Below the pieces are notes generated by a model. It did no database searches. It was not told where the DNA came from and saw only the letters and a list, made by a program, of their open reading frames with translations. The position numbers and the translations under genes are program-made. Below are positions 45,968 through 56,246 of a DNA stretch of 64,000 nucleotides, one piece after another. This DNA comes from Pseudomonadota bacterium. Lineage in GTDB: Bacteria > Bdellovibrionota_C > UBA2361 > OMII01. The stretch is taken from positions 9,485-73,484 of the forward strand of contig JBKCMS010000087.1 in NCBI GenBank assembly GCA_046300175.1. Direction: 5' to 3'. Each line of letters opens with the position of its first letter. Position 1 is the stretch's first letter.

Positions 45968-47410
45968 ATGAAAATCAGTGCTTGTAATTCGGTCTGCCAT
46001 GTGTTCTCGATACTCCTAATAGCCGTTATCATCACGGTGATTTCTGCTGCGGGCTGTGCCCGTCCGAATCCTGGCCTTAGGGAGCCAAAAGACTATCATC
46101 AAACACGTGAAATCCCCACTACCTCCACCTACGACGTTAGTATTGAGGAGCTCGAGAATAACCCTGCGTACCTAAGTGACCTCACTCCGGAACTTCGCGC
46201 CGCCGAGCTAGCTCGCCTCTGGTATGAGCATGGAAAGCGACTCGAACGAAGCTCTTATACGGGAGCATTTGCTGCTTTTAGCAGATCAGCGCACATATCG
46301 CTTGAGTCTCTTCTGGGCGAGGCCTGCCGCACTCCGTTTCATCCCACTTGCCTTGACCTCGATCGGGCCTACAAACAAGCTCTTAACGCCATCACTACTA
46401 TGCTATCTCTTCATGACTGGAGTCCCCCGGATCTCGCGCGCAGTCGCTACCGACTAGCGCCTGGCGTTGCTCGATCTCTAGAAGCGCTACGCTCTTGGAA
46501 TTTTCAGCTTGAACGACCAACGCTTCGTCAACCACATATGAGACCAGGACTCGGCCTGGCTACTGTAGGGTGTCGACAGCTAGATCGGCATGGCACCGTT
46601 TGTTCTCCACTTACCTTCGTGCTCACCTTTTCGGGTGCCCTAGAGGCTGAGCAGATCGAACTTTCTCTTGAGGCTCTCGATGCATACCAACAGGAGATGC
46701 TCACCCTGGGTGGGACCCACATACCTCTTGCTGCTGCATTTGAACAAACTGCTCAAACTCTCAGCACTCTTGCCAGCAAAAATACTCCCGCCTCCCTCTT
46801 CTGTTTAAGCCTTCCCAGCATCCATACTGCTACCATGCTCATGATTGTTGAGCCTAAAGATGTATTGGAGATAACAAGCACCATCATCTCTCCTTTATTG
46901 CGAGTACCAGAGATCGTTAACAGCACCTCCTTCTGTATGCATACCCTGAGTTCCCCTTCACCGAGCAATGCTACTCTTGAGGCCGAATCACCCCGTCGGA
47001 TTATGGAGTCGCTTCGTGCCGCACTCCGCTTGACCCGTGGTCAACCACTAACATCTGAAACTCGCCACCGACTCTCACTTATCGCAATCGGTGATCGACC
47101 TGCACAGGTAGCTGTCGCTCTGGCCCAACGTGCAAGTCGTGCACGTCCAGCGAGCTCAAAGAGAGCCACTCGTGACTTACGCCTGATACCTCAAACCTTA
47201 TTACTTGTTCATACTGGAGAAGCCCCACCAACTATAGTAGAGCGCACCGACGTGCCTGTAACTACCTATCAGACACCCTGCGATCATGAATGCATCGTCA
47301 GCATCAAGAAGAAACTCTCCAGTAGCGCAACACCCATAGAGCCCCAAGCTGGTTCGAACAAGGAGGGCTCCTCTGACTATGGAGACATACCTCTATCGCC
47401 GGTTATGTAG
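45968..47410 (+). CDS. Hypothetical lipoprotein
   Basis: Signal plus lipobox (SAAGC). 480 aa. No motif recognised. Confidence 0.5.
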   Translation: MKISACNSVCHVFSILLIAVIITVISAAGCARPNPGLREPKDYHQTREIPTTSTYDVSIEELENNPAYLSDLTPELRAAELARLWYEHGKRLERSSYTGAFAAFSRSAHISLESLLGEACRTPFHPTCLDLDRAYKQALNAITTMLSLHDWSPPDLARSRYRLAPGVARSLEALRSWNFQLERPTLRQPHMRPGLGLATVGCRQLDRHGTVCSPLTFVLTFSGALEAEQIELSLEALDAYQQEMLTLGGTHIPLAAAFEQTAQTLSTLASKNTPASLFCLSLPSIHTATMLMIVEPKDVLEITSTIISPLLRVPEIVNSTSFCMHTLSSPSPSNATLEAESPRRIMESLRAALRLTRGQPLTSETRHRLSLIAIGDRPAQVAVALAQRASRARPASSKRATRDLRLIPQTLLLVHTGEAPPTIVERTDVPVTTYQTPCDHECIVSIKKKLSSSATPIEPQAGSNKEGSSDYGDIPLSPVM

Positions 47411-47491
47411 GGAACTGCTGAAGAGAAAATCGGGGGAACTCGAGGAGTACCAAACCTAGTCCCCTAAACCATCCTAAACAGTCGTGGCGCG

Positions 47492-47815
47492 CTAATTCAA
47501 CTCAAAGTTCTCAACTAGCTCAAGGATAGTGCGGAACGCTTGGGCGTCATCACCAAATAGCTCCTCAGACTTGGAGCGAAAACCGGGGGCAAATTCGGTC
47601 TCGTATCGCTCAAAGTCCTGCATTGAGCTACATCGGTACTGAACCGCGTAGGTCTTACCACCCTGCTCAAATGCCAAGACTCTTACGATCGTTGCACCGA
47701 GAAAAAGCCCTGTCCCTAACATTTGCGGAATGTGCTCAGACCTCATCCAGGTAAGCCACTCATCAACACGATGCTCAGATATGTTTACCGTGACGTTATA
47801 TAGTATTCCGGTCAT
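47492..47815 (-). CDS. DUF4286-like small protein
   Basis: MTGILYNVTVNISEHRVDEWLTWMRSEHIPQMLGTGLF fits the DUF4286 N-terminal pattern. The internal ATG at 47815 is preferred to the ORF-track start at 47887. Confidence 0.5.
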   Translation of the reverse strand: MTGILYNVTVNISEHRVDEWLTWMRSEHIPQMLGTGLFLGATIVRVLAFEQGGKTYAVQYRCSSMQDFERYETEFAPGFRSKSEELFGDDAQAFRTILELVENFELN

Positions 47816-47916
47816 AATCCACCGGGACGAACTATACCCCAATTCTGCCGGCCAGGTACATCCCCTTAAGCTCTCCGGTCCTTTCAAGAACCACTATTTT
47901 TGAGTACTATCCAGCT

Positions 47917-49629
47917 ATGAAAGACAAGCTTATCACCAGCCTGCAGGCCGCCACTAACCTCCCTGTCGAGGTTTTAGAAAAGAACATAACCCCGACAAAG
48001 GATACAAAACACGGGGATTTCGCCTTCCCATGCTTCCTTCTCGCCAAAGAATGGGGCGCTCCACCGCCGGAGTGTGCAAAGAGATTAGCCGGTAGCATAT
48101 CTCTGCCAACAGGGATAGCGAAGGTTGAATGCATGGGGCCCTACCTAAATTTCTTCCTAGATCGAACCCAGGTAATCTCCGACATTACGGCTGAAGTGCT
48201 CTTTAAGGGCCCTCTGTTTGGCAGGACCCACAACTCTAGCACAATCGTAATCGATTTTTCGGCGCCGAATATCGCCAAGCCGTTTCATATCGGACACCTT
48301 AGAACCACCATCATAGGATTCTGTCTTGGGAATCTACTTCGCCACCTTGGGCACTCAGTGGTTGGGGTCAATCACCTGGGAGACTGGGGGACACAATTTG
48401 GATTCGTTTATGCTGGATGCCAGCTTTTTGGCAAGCCAGGAGATGACATGAACGATCTAGTTAGTCGTTACGTACAGGCGAATATGCTGCGCAAAGCGCA
48501 AGATAAGGGTGAGCAGCTCGATCAGCCAAATGTAAACGAGATAGCCCGAGACTACTTCCGCCGCCTAGAAGCTGGCGACGCAGAGGCAAAAAGTTTTTGG
48601 CAATGGAGTCTCGACGTGTCGCTTAAGTATTACCATAAAACCTACGACCGCATGGGCATTACCTTTGAGGCCTACACCGGCGAGTCATTCTACTTTCAGT
48701 TTTTCGACGAGTGTGTAGCAACTCTTAAAGCTTCTGGAATTCTTGAGGAGTCACGTGGTGCGCTCGGCGTTGATCTTGGAGAGCCACTTGGATTTGCAAG
48801 GCTACTTACTGAAGACGGCCGAACCCTCTATCTAACCAGAGATGTGATTACAGCTGACTACCGAGAAAAAACCTACCACCCTGAGAAGATTATCTACGTA
48901 GTAGGTGCTCCGCAAACGCTCCATTTCAAGCAGCTGCAGGAGATTATGCGTCGACTAAAACATCCTGCAGCTGAAAAAATCGTTCATATTCCGTACGGTC
49001 ACGTCCCCGGAATCAGTACGCGTAAGCTCGCAGCAGAAGCCGGAGACTTATCGCTCGATGGCCTCCTTGAGGATGCTCATGATCGTGCACGCGAAGCATA
49101 CCAATCTGAAGTATCAAAGAGGCCTGAAGGGGTAGATGTAGAAGAGGTCGCAGAGGCGGTGGGTCTTGGTGCGATTTACTTTAATTATCTCTGCCGAACT
49201 AACAATAAAGAGTTCCATTTCAATTGGGAAGAAGCGCTTAATTTCAAGGGCGATACCGGCCCCTATTTAATGTATGCGGTGGCACGCCTTCATAGCATGG
49301 AGGAGCGCGCTAAAGCGGAAGGTATAACCGTAGGAAAGTGTGCAGATGGGGCGCGACTTCCGGAGTCCGAAGCGTGGGAGATCGCCTCGCTACTTGGAAA
49401 ATTCCCTGATGTTTTGCAGAGAACAGCGAGCGAACTCGAACCTTGTACTATCTGCAACTACGCACTAGACCTAGCAAAAGCTATATCGCGCGCCTACGTA
49501 AAGCTGCGTGTGCTGGGCGAGCCAGACAGGGAGATAGCTGCTGCTCGACTAGCGCTCTACGTATCAGCGCGAACAGTCCTATCGTTAGCACTCAAGATAC
49601 TCGGAATACGTCCGCTTAACCGGATGTAG
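47917..49629 (+). CDS. argS: Arginine--tRNA ligase
   Basis: SAPNIAKPFHIGHLR (HIGH) and the class-I ArgRS anticodon-binding C-terminus. 570 aa. Confidence 0.9.
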   Translation: MKDKLITSLQAATNLPVEVLEKNITPTKDTKHGDFAFPCFLLAKEWGAPPPECAKRLAGSISLPTGIAKVECMGPYLNFFLDRTQVISDITAEVLFKGPLFGRTHNSSTIVIDFSAPNIAKPFHIGHLRTTIIGFCLGNLLRHLGHSVVGVNHLGDWGTQFGFVYAGCQLFGKPGDDMNDLVSRYVQANMLRKAQDKGEQLDQPNVNEIARDYFRRLEAGDAEAKSFWQWSLDVSLKYYHKTYDRMGITFEAYTGESFYFQFFDECVATLKASGILEESRGALGVDLGEPLGFARLLTEDGRTLYLTRDVITADYREKTYHPEKIIYVVGAPQTLHFKQLQEIMRRLKHPAAEKIVHIPYGHVPGISTRKLAAEAGDLSLDGLLEDAHDRAREAYQSEVSKRPEGVDVEEVAEAVGLGAIYFNYLCRTNNKEFHFNWEEALNFKGDTGPYLMYAVARLHSMEERAKAEGITVGKCADGARLPESEAWEIASLLGKFPDVLQRTASELEPCTICNYALDLAKAISRAYVKLRVLGEPDREIAAARLALYVSARTVLSLALKILGIRPLNRM

Positions 49630-51049
49630 CCCGCTCCTGCTGAATCCGGGCGATCGCGGCCTCAAAGGCTACGCATGCCTTTTGGTAGTCCTGCAGTGCC
49701 TCTATCTCACGAACTTCGGCGTCTGCTGCGTTCTGCTCACGTAGGTTAACAAAGATAAGGTTGCTATCCCCCAAATTGAAGCGGGTTAACTCACCCTTCG
49801 CAAGATCACGCGAAGCAGCGACCTCCTGAACCGTCACATCAACCCTCTTTTTGGCGATCTCAACACCATTTAGCGCATCTTGAACGTCCGCCCTAATGCG
49901 CTCTTTAAGAAAAGTTTCAGTAAACTCTAGCTTACGCTGTTTGGCCTCAAAGAAATCGATGCGGCCCTCCTGCGTACGGGTCCTAAGCGGTATCTCAACC
50001 CGCAAGCCCCCCTTTAACTCCGCCTCCTCGCGCTTATCATCTCCTGTTCCAAAATCCTTGGCCGAATACACCCGTAGGTCGAGCCTAGGAAGGATCTGGT
50101 TACGCGCCAGCTTTAACTCCAATTCATTCTGCTTTCTCTGTCCATCGATCGCTTTGAATTCAGGGCGCGAACTGAGCGCAGCCTCAAAGGATGATTCGAG
50201 TGATGCAAATGAGTCGAACATCGGCACAGGGATTCGATCTGGAGACCGCCACCCGCTAACGTCTATCGGTCGACTGTTAGCGTCTCGATAGAACAAGCCC
50301 AGGTTGAATTCGCTGTTTTTCACAGCTCGCTCTGCGCTCAGAAACTGCGCTTGACGCTGCAAAACTGCACGCTGGTTGTCTGTTCGGTCAAAGTCAGGCA
50401 GGTCGCCTTTCCTAACACGCTCTGTTATCTGTCGGTCTCGTTCTTTTGCCACATCCAGTAATCGCTTGTATACCCGCACCTTATTGCGTGCTGCAGCCCA
50501 ATCCCAGTATGTCAACGCGGCAACTCGCGCTAACTCGATACGACGCAACTCAACAATCGAATCAGCAATGGATTGCCCGGCTTCAGCTCGAGAGATATTC
50601 ACTCTACGTCGATCTGTTGGGCCGTCGCGAAGAAGCGGCACCTCTACACCGAACTGAGCCTCCCCCTGAGAGTTTGTCTCATAATAGTTATCATAAATTG
50701 GAAAGGTACCATCTCCGATGCGATAGCCGCCTACTATCTTGCTTCCATAAAACTCAAGGGGCTGCTCGACATAGGCACCTCCGTAGTTGCCCGTATATCC
50801 ACCGGTTGCGTAGGACAACCCCTCTCCCTTTATGCTCGGGTCAAAAGCTCCACGCGCAGACAGAAGATCAGCATCAGCCGCCAAACGCTCCTGCATCTCT
50901 CCCATGAGGCTCGGATGATGTTCAAGAGTAGCCGTTATGACCTGTTCGATCGTAAGAATCTTTCCCTTGGATGATTCGCTCTTAGCAACCTGAGTAAAAC
51001 CGAGCACTATTAAGAGAGGCCATACCAAAGCCCTTAGCGAAAACGCCAT
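49616..51049 (-). CDS. TolC-family outer-membrane efflux protein
   Basis: Signal peptide and two OEP repeats. Lies downstream of the HlyD/ABC genes. Its 3' end overlaps the argS 3' end by 14 nt (convergent). Confidence 0.75.
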   Translation of the reverse strand: MAFSLRALVWPLLIVLGFTQVAKSESSKGKILTIEQVITATLEHHPSLMGEMQERLAADADLLSARGAFDPSIKGEGLSYATGGYTGNYGGAYVEQPLEFYGSKIVGGYRIGDGTFPIYDNYYETNSQGEAQFGVEVPLLRDGPTDRRRVNISRAEAGQSIADSIVELRRIELARVAALTYWDWAAARNKVRVYKRLLDVAKERDRQITERVRKGDLPDFDRTDNQRAVLQRQAQFLSAERAVKNSEFNLGLFYRDANSRPIDVSGWRSPDRIPVPMFDSFASLESSFEAALSSRPEFKAIDGQRKQNELELKLARNQILPRLDLRVYSAKDFGTGDDKREEAELKGGLRVEIPLRTRTQEGRIDFFEAKQRKLEFTETFLKERIRADVQDALNGVEIAKKRVDVTVQEVAASRDLAKGELTRFNLGDSNLIFVNLREQNAADAEVREIEALQDYQKACVAFEAAIARIQQERATSG

Positions 51050-51114
51050 CGTAGCCCTCCTGTCAACACACTGCTCATTACTGCTTACCCCTCAGCTTTG
51101 CTGTTGTTAGAACC

Positions 51115-52224
51115 TTACTTTTTAGTCTGCGCTTGCGTCTCAATTGTGCTCGGCGGTGCCGCGCTAATCGTCGGCGGGAAGCCGTTAAATTGACGCCACA
51201 GCTCCCAACCCAGACTAACAGTATCGAGCAGAATCCACCCAACCACTCTGACTCCTTGCCGCAGGTAGCGTACGTCAGGCCATTCGGCTCCCTGCTCAGG
51301 AAACACTATTATGCGAACGTTCCCCTCAGGGTCAGCACCTGGATCGATCACTGCAATCTCACCGCCAAATGTGCCTATGGCAACCGATGGCCAGCCAGCA
51401 AACTGCACTGCTGGCCAACCCTCAAACTGCAGCCTTACTTTTCTTCCAACAGAAAGAAGCGGGGCGTCGTTTCCACTGACCTTGAGCTCGACCGAACGAT
51501 TGGCTGTCTCTGGCACTATCAACGCGAGGTCCTGTCCAGCTTTCACCATGACGCCACCCTGAGGGGCAAATATTCTCTGGACTATTCCCGTACGAGGAGC
51601 TGTGATCGATTGCGATGCTTGCCGAGCGATACGTGTCTCGATCCGAGCGAGCTCTGCAGAGGCAGACGATATCTCAGATAGGTACTTAGCATACTCTAGC
51701 TCGGCCAATTCAGCAGCTCTCTGACTGCTTAAACCACTTACTACCAAAGACTTCTGTCGGTCGAGATTCTTACGCGAGGTATCAAGGGCTTTTTGAGCTG
51801 CATCGAGCTTAGTCTGAGTTGCAGCCCGCTCCCGCTCAAGGCGATTCATAATGTCCGGATCAATATCCGCCACGTCCACTATACTATCGCCCTTGCGCAC
51901 TAGAGTACCCTCAAGGACGAACCATTGCCTGATTAACCCATCAACGGGAGAATTAATGCTCTGCTGCCTCTCATCAGGTGAATAAGCGATTACTCGACCG
52001 ATCCCCTGTACGTTTTGCACCCAGGGAACAGCAATTAGAGATACTATGAACACGACCAGCGCAAGGAACAGAATACTTGCTGCCACTCTAAGACTCTGAC
52101 TCGACCGAACCTGCCTTGGAGACGACACCCTTGAACGGGTTGTCGTATCGATCTCATCGACCGTTGCATACTCAGTGGTGTTGTTTGAATCGCTAGGTAT
52201 CTCTGATACGGACATATTAGCCAT
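51115..52224 (-). CDS. HlyD-family membrane fusion protein
   Basis: N-terminal TM, biotinyl-lipoyl-like hairpin, coiled-coil and beta-barrel regions. 5-nt gap to the ABC gene. Confidence 0.75.
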   Translation of the reverse strand: MANMSVSEIPSDSNNTTEYATVDEIDTTTRSRVSSPRQVRSSQSLRVAASILFLALVVFIVSLIAVPWVQNVQGIGRVIAYSPDERQQSINSPVDGLIRQWFVLEGTLVRKGDSIVDVADIDPDIMNRLERERAATQTKLDAAQKALDTSRKNLDRQKSLVVSGLSSQRAAELAELEYAKYLSEISSASAELARIETRIARQASQSITAPRTGIVQRIFAPQGGVMVKAGQDLALIVPETANRSVELKVSGNDAPLLSVGRKVRLQFEGWPAVQFAGWPSVAIGTFGGEIAVIDPGADPEGNVRIIVFPEQGAEWPDVRYLRQGVRVVGWILLDTVSLGWELWRQFNGFPPTISAAPPSTIETQAQTKK

Positions 52225-52229
52225 AAGCC

Positions 52230-53909
52230 TTAACTCTCTCCATGCTCATGTAACCTTCCATCTCTGATCTCAAACTTCCGAGCGAAATGTCGCCAAACCG
52301 AGCGATCATGAGTAAATACAAGAAGAGTAAAGGGCGCCTGTGGCCCAGTGAGTTGCTGGAGAACATGAGCAATCTTGTTTTCATCAACACCATCAAGCGA
52401 TCCATCGACGATCATAAGACGCGGACTCATTAAAATGGCACGCGCAATCATCAACCTCTCTGCCTGCCCACGCGATAGCACACCCAAAGGACCTTTAAGA
52501 ATAGTTCTTAAACCATTAGGTAATCCGAACACCTCCTCTACCAAACCGACCATTTCCAGAGCCTGACGAATCCGCCCGTAGGGAACTGACTCCCTAGTCG
52601 ATAGAGTTAGATTTTCCTCGATTGTACCGTGGAAGATATCAGAGCCACGCGCTAGGGCTACCTCACTTCGCAATTCAAGGGGATGAATCTCTCTCACATC
52701 ATGATGATCAATCTCTATGCGACCGCTTTTATAGTTCGACAATCGGAAGATGCAATCCGCCAAGGTGCTTTTACCGGATGCATTCTCTCCCCACACTGCG
52801 ACCTTCTCTCCCGGTGCTATACGCACATTTAAGTCTCTAAATAAAGGAGCAGCGGCGGAATCGTGGTGAACCGTAAGGTTCATTATTTCAAGACCAGCAG
52901 GGTCCTGCCCGGGCTTAAAGAACGAACCTGTAAATTTTTCGTAAGGAAGGTCAAAAAGCGCGTCTATTTTCGCCACCGACGCGCACAGCTCATAAAATTT
53001 CTCAAGTTGACTGCCTAGCTTAGCCACTCCACCCAGAATAACGCTCACTATTAGCTCGGCTGCCACAAGTTGACCAAGTGTGAGTTGCCCCTTGACCACT
53101 AGCCAGCCACCCAAACCGAGGAGCAGAGTGCTAGCGATCACCTGTAATCCGATTGTTGACGATATCTGGCGCAATAAAACCCGAAAATGTTTAGAACGCC
53201 ATAGAAGATAATCATTTACCAATGAATCGGCGCGCTCAGTGGCAAAACTATCACCGCGGTTAGACTTGAAGGCGATTGGCAATCGTGCGAGATCCTGAAG
53301 CCATGTCATTACCTCGTATTTTGCATCCGAAGCTCGAATACCGGAGCGGATACCTCCCAAACCTAGTGGGCCCACAAAAACGACTATAATGATGGTAAGA
53401 ATCACAGCGAACGCAAGAAAAAACGGGTGGTAGAAAGATACCAGCACCAGACCCACTACTACTTGAAAAAAAACCCCGATGCCATCCAACAGGAGGGAAG
53501 AGATAATTTTCTGTGCAGAGAACACCTCCATAAAGCGCAACACGTACTCAGGTCCGAACCTCTTCTGGAAGAGCTGAAACTCAACATGCGGAATCCGTTG
53601 TGCGAGCATGAGAGACAGGCGGACAACCAAACGACGCTGAAGTATCTCTACAACATAAAGCTGCAACACCCTTAGAATACCTGAGAGAAGCAACACACCG
53701 CCCACCAAAGATGTGATCACCACCAGAGGCTGTAGCACTACTCCGAAGGCAACTGAGTTAACCAATGCCTGGACGCCCACTGGAATCGCTAATGAGCAGA
53801 GCCCGACGCCCAACGCGTAGACGAAGATCACAGCGACATCACGTCCCTCACCACGCAGCAGGCGAAAGATTCGTAGCGCTATCTGGATGTCGCTCCTCGT
53901 TGTGCCCAT
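52230..53909 (-). CDS. ABC exporter (6-TM domain plus NBD, no C39 peptidase domain) with atypical NBD motifs
   Basis: Walker A GENASGKST, signature LSRGQAERL and H-loop FTHDRS are present. Walker B reads LMIVDGS (Gly where the catalytic Glu is expected). The Q-loop position reads ALARGSDIF (Arg where Gln is expected). Confidence 0.75.
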   Translation of the reverse strand: MGTTRSDIQIALRIFRLLRGEGRDVAVIFVYALGVGLCSLAIPVGVQALVNSVAFGVVLQPLVVITSLVGGVLLLSGILRVLQLYVVEILQRRLVVRLSLMLAQRIPHVEFQLFQKRFGPEYVLRFMEVFSAQKIISSLLLDGIGVFFQVVVGLVLVSFYHPFFLAFAVILTIIIVVFVGPLGLGGIRSGIRASDAKYEVMTWLQDLARLPIAFKSNRGDSFATERADSLVNDYLLWRSKHFRVLLRQISSTIGLQVIASTLLLGLGGWLVVKGQLTLGQLVAAELIVSVILGGVAKLGSQLEKFYELCASVAKIDALFDLPYEKFTGSFFKPGQDPAGLEIMNLTVHHDSAAAPLFRDLNVRIAPGEKVAVWGENASGKSTLADCIFRLSNYKSGRIEIDHHDVREIHPLELRSEVALARGSDIFHGTIEENLTLSTRESVPYGRIRQALEMVGLVEEVFGLPNGLRTILKGPLGVLSRGQAERLMIARAILMSPRLMIVDGSLDGVDENKIAHVLQQLTGPQAPFTLLVFTHDRSVWRHFARKFEIRDGRLHEHGES

Positions 53910-54203
53910 AATTCGGAAAATTCTCCAACGCTTGGCGCCTATGGCGCTCTATCTAGATCGCGAACCGAGCGGCTCGCTGCGCCTTTTTAAACTGCTAAAC
54001 CTAAAGGCCTTGAAATGGTGGCATAAAACCGGCTAATCAGACAAGGATATCGAGTAAATCCAACAACCCCTAGCCACCATACCTGTTTGTGTGGTAGTAT
54101 ATATAAGGAATAAAGAATAAGGCAGAGACTATTTTAGGGTCACAGAGCGCGAACCGGACTTAGTTCCTCCTCTACTACTACAAAGACCCGTATCAAAGAG
54201 ACT

Positions 54204-55373
54204 ATGACCACTGAAGAACTAGCGCTGGCTGAGTCCAGCAACCCCTCCCTTCCAATCGAAAACTTCTCAATCCTTCGTCACGCAGAGCTGCTCGCAGGGC
54301 TGGAGCAGATGGGAATCGCCTCACCGACGCCGGTTCAGGCTCGCTCGATACCGAGCATCCTGAGCGGCGGTGACCATATCATTGAGGCACAGACAGGGAG
54401 TGGAAAAACCCTGGCCTTCGTCCTACCAATCTTAGCTAATTTGCTGGATTCATCGCCTTACCAAGGGAACTTTGCTCTTATTATCACCCCGACCCGAGAG
54501 CTGGCGATACAGGTAAACTCAATTGTAGCCAAGTTAGTCCCAAACATTCATCCAGCGTGCATAATCGGTGGCGAGAAACAGGAGGCGCAAGTTCGTCAAC
54601 TACGACGAGACTCCCGTATAATCGTAGGCACTCCTGGGCGCATTCTGGATCTCATCGGACAACGAGAGATTCTGCTACGCCGGTGCAAGATGTTTGTTCT
54701 TGATGAGGCAGATGAGATGCTCTCCATGGGTTTCATCGATGAGGTGCGCAAGATCCTTGCTAAACTGCCTCGCGAGCGCCAGGGATTATTTTTTAGCGCT
54801 ACGATAACTCCGCGCGTACTATCGCTGGCCAGCAGCTTTCTGGTCAATCCAAAGCGCATTGAGATCGCCCGTCAGGTTGAAACCACTCCTCTCATTGACC
54901 ACCTCTTTTGCCGAGTTGACGGCTCACTCACGGCTAAGGCTGAAGCACTGGCTATGTATTTAAAAAAGAGCTCTCCACGCTCTGCGATCGTTTTTTGCAA
55001 CACCAAATCAGATACCGAGCTGGTTGAGATATTACTTCGCAAGCGTGGATTTGACCCCAAGCGTCTAAACTCCGACCTATCCCAAAAGGAGCGCGATCGA
55101 ACTATGTCGAGCTTTCGTTCGGGAGAGCTTCGTATTCTGGTCGCAACCGATGTGGCCGCACGCGGAATCGATGTCTCTGATGTGGAGCTGGTGGTTAACT
55201 ACTCCTTACATGAGACTCCAGAAACATATGTTCACCGCACAGGCCGAACTGGGCGCGCCGGTAAATCAGGCACTGCCCTTTCCTTAGTTGGTCCCCAAGA
55301 CTTCACTGTATTCCACTCTCTATCACGCAAACTTCCATGTGCCCTGTCGGAGATCGCGATATCTCCGGAGTAG
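54204..55373 (+). CDS. DEAD-box ATP-dependent RNA helicase (core only)
   Basis: AQTGSGKT, PTRELA, VLDEADEML, SAT, TDVAARGID and HRTGRTGRAG. Confidence 0.9.
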   Translation: MTTEELALAESSNPSLPIENFSILRHAELLAGLEQMGIASPTPVQARSIPSILSGGDHIIEAQTGSGKTLAFVLPILANLLDSSPYQGNFALIITPTRELAIQVNSIVAKLVPNIHPACIIGGEKQEAQVRQLRRDSRIIVGTPGRILDLIGQREILLRRCKMFVLDEADEMLSMGFIDEVRKILAKLPRERQGLFFSATITPRVLSLASSFLVNPKRIEIARQVETTPLIDHLFCRVDGSLTAKAEALAMYLKKSSPRSAIVFCNTKSDTELVEILLRKRGFDPKRLNSDLSQKERDRTMSSFRSGELRILVATDVAARGIDVSDVELVVNYSLHETPETYVHRTGRTGRAGKSGTALSLVGPQDFTVFHSLSRKLPCALSEIAISPE

Positions 55374-55903
55374 CATCTTACCCAGCTGGCGATGATCGCG
55401 GCTCGTCCATCGTGGGCCACTACTTCCAAACGCTCCGCTCTCCATGGGGTTGGGCCACAGTATGCGTGTCTGATAAAGGTATTAAGACCCTCTGTCTCTC
55501 ACCTCAACAAGAGGATCTAAACCTAATGCGGGTGGACTTACAATGTGCACACAGCGTCTCGGATCAGCAGAGCCAGATGCTGCTAGTGATCGAGCAGCGG
55601 CTGCGTTGCGGTGACGATATCACCGACTTACCCCTTGACGTCAGAGGCACGCCGTTTCAATTGCTGGTTTGGAGCTATTTGAGAACTATCAAATACGGTC
55701 ATACCGCGACTTACGCCAAGGTAGCTGATGCTATCGGCAGACCACGGGCAATTCGAGCTGTAGCGCAAGCATGTGCTTGTAATAAGGTGGCCCTCGCGAT
55801 ACCGTGCCACCGTGTGGTGCGAAGCGATGGGGCTCTTGGAGGCTATCGCTGGGGATTGACTCTAAAGCAGCATATATTGTCCGCGGAGAGTCACAATCTT
55901 TAA
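55337..55903 (+). CDS. ogt: Methylated-DNA--protein-cysteine methyltransferase
   Basis: TPFQLLVW, YGHTATYAKVA and active site IPCHRVV. The start is uncertain: the ATG at 55337 overlaps the upstream gene by 37 nt, and a GTG at 55412 is an alternative. Confidence 0.85.
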   Translation: MCPVGDRDISGVASYPAGDDRGSSIVGHYFQTLRSPWGWATVCVSDKGIKTLCLSPQQEDLNLMRVDLQCAHSVSDQQSQMLLVIEQRLRCGDDITDLPLDVRGTPFQLLVWSYLRTIKYGHTATYAKVADAIGRPRAIRAVAQACACNKVALAIPCHRVVRSDGALGGYRWGLTLKQHILSAESHNL

Positions 55904-55915
55904 AGAGGAGACACT

Positions 55916-56245
55916 ATGAGCGACCTGGCTGAACTTCAGAAACGAATGGTTGAGTTTCGTGACGCTCGCAATTGGGCACAGTTTCACAATGCCAAGGACC
56001 TCGCCGTTTGCCTCTCGATCGAGGCTGCTGAGCTGCTAGAACTTTTTCTGTGGAAACAGCCAAAAGAGGCGTCAAAGGAGCGGGTAAGCGAGGAGCTAGC
56101 TGATGTGCTCGGCGCTCTACTTCTGATTGCCAAGGAATACGATATCGATCTGTTTCAGGCGATGATCGACAAAATAGCCAAAAATGAAGTCAAGTATCCG
56201 GTAGAGAAAAGCCGAGGGAGCAACAAAAAGTACTCTGAGCTTTAG
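55916..56245 (+). CDS. MazG-like nucleotide pyrophosphohydrolase (small single-domain type)
   Basis: FRDARNW, EAAELLELF and EELADVL. GAGGAG SD upstream. 109 aa. Confidence 0.75.
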   Translation: MSDLAELQKRMVEFRDARNWAQFHNAKDLAVCLSIEAAELLELFLWKQPKEASKERVSEELADVLGALLLIAKEYDIDLFQAMIDKIAKNEVKYPVEKSRGSNKKYSEL

Positions 56246-56246
56246 C

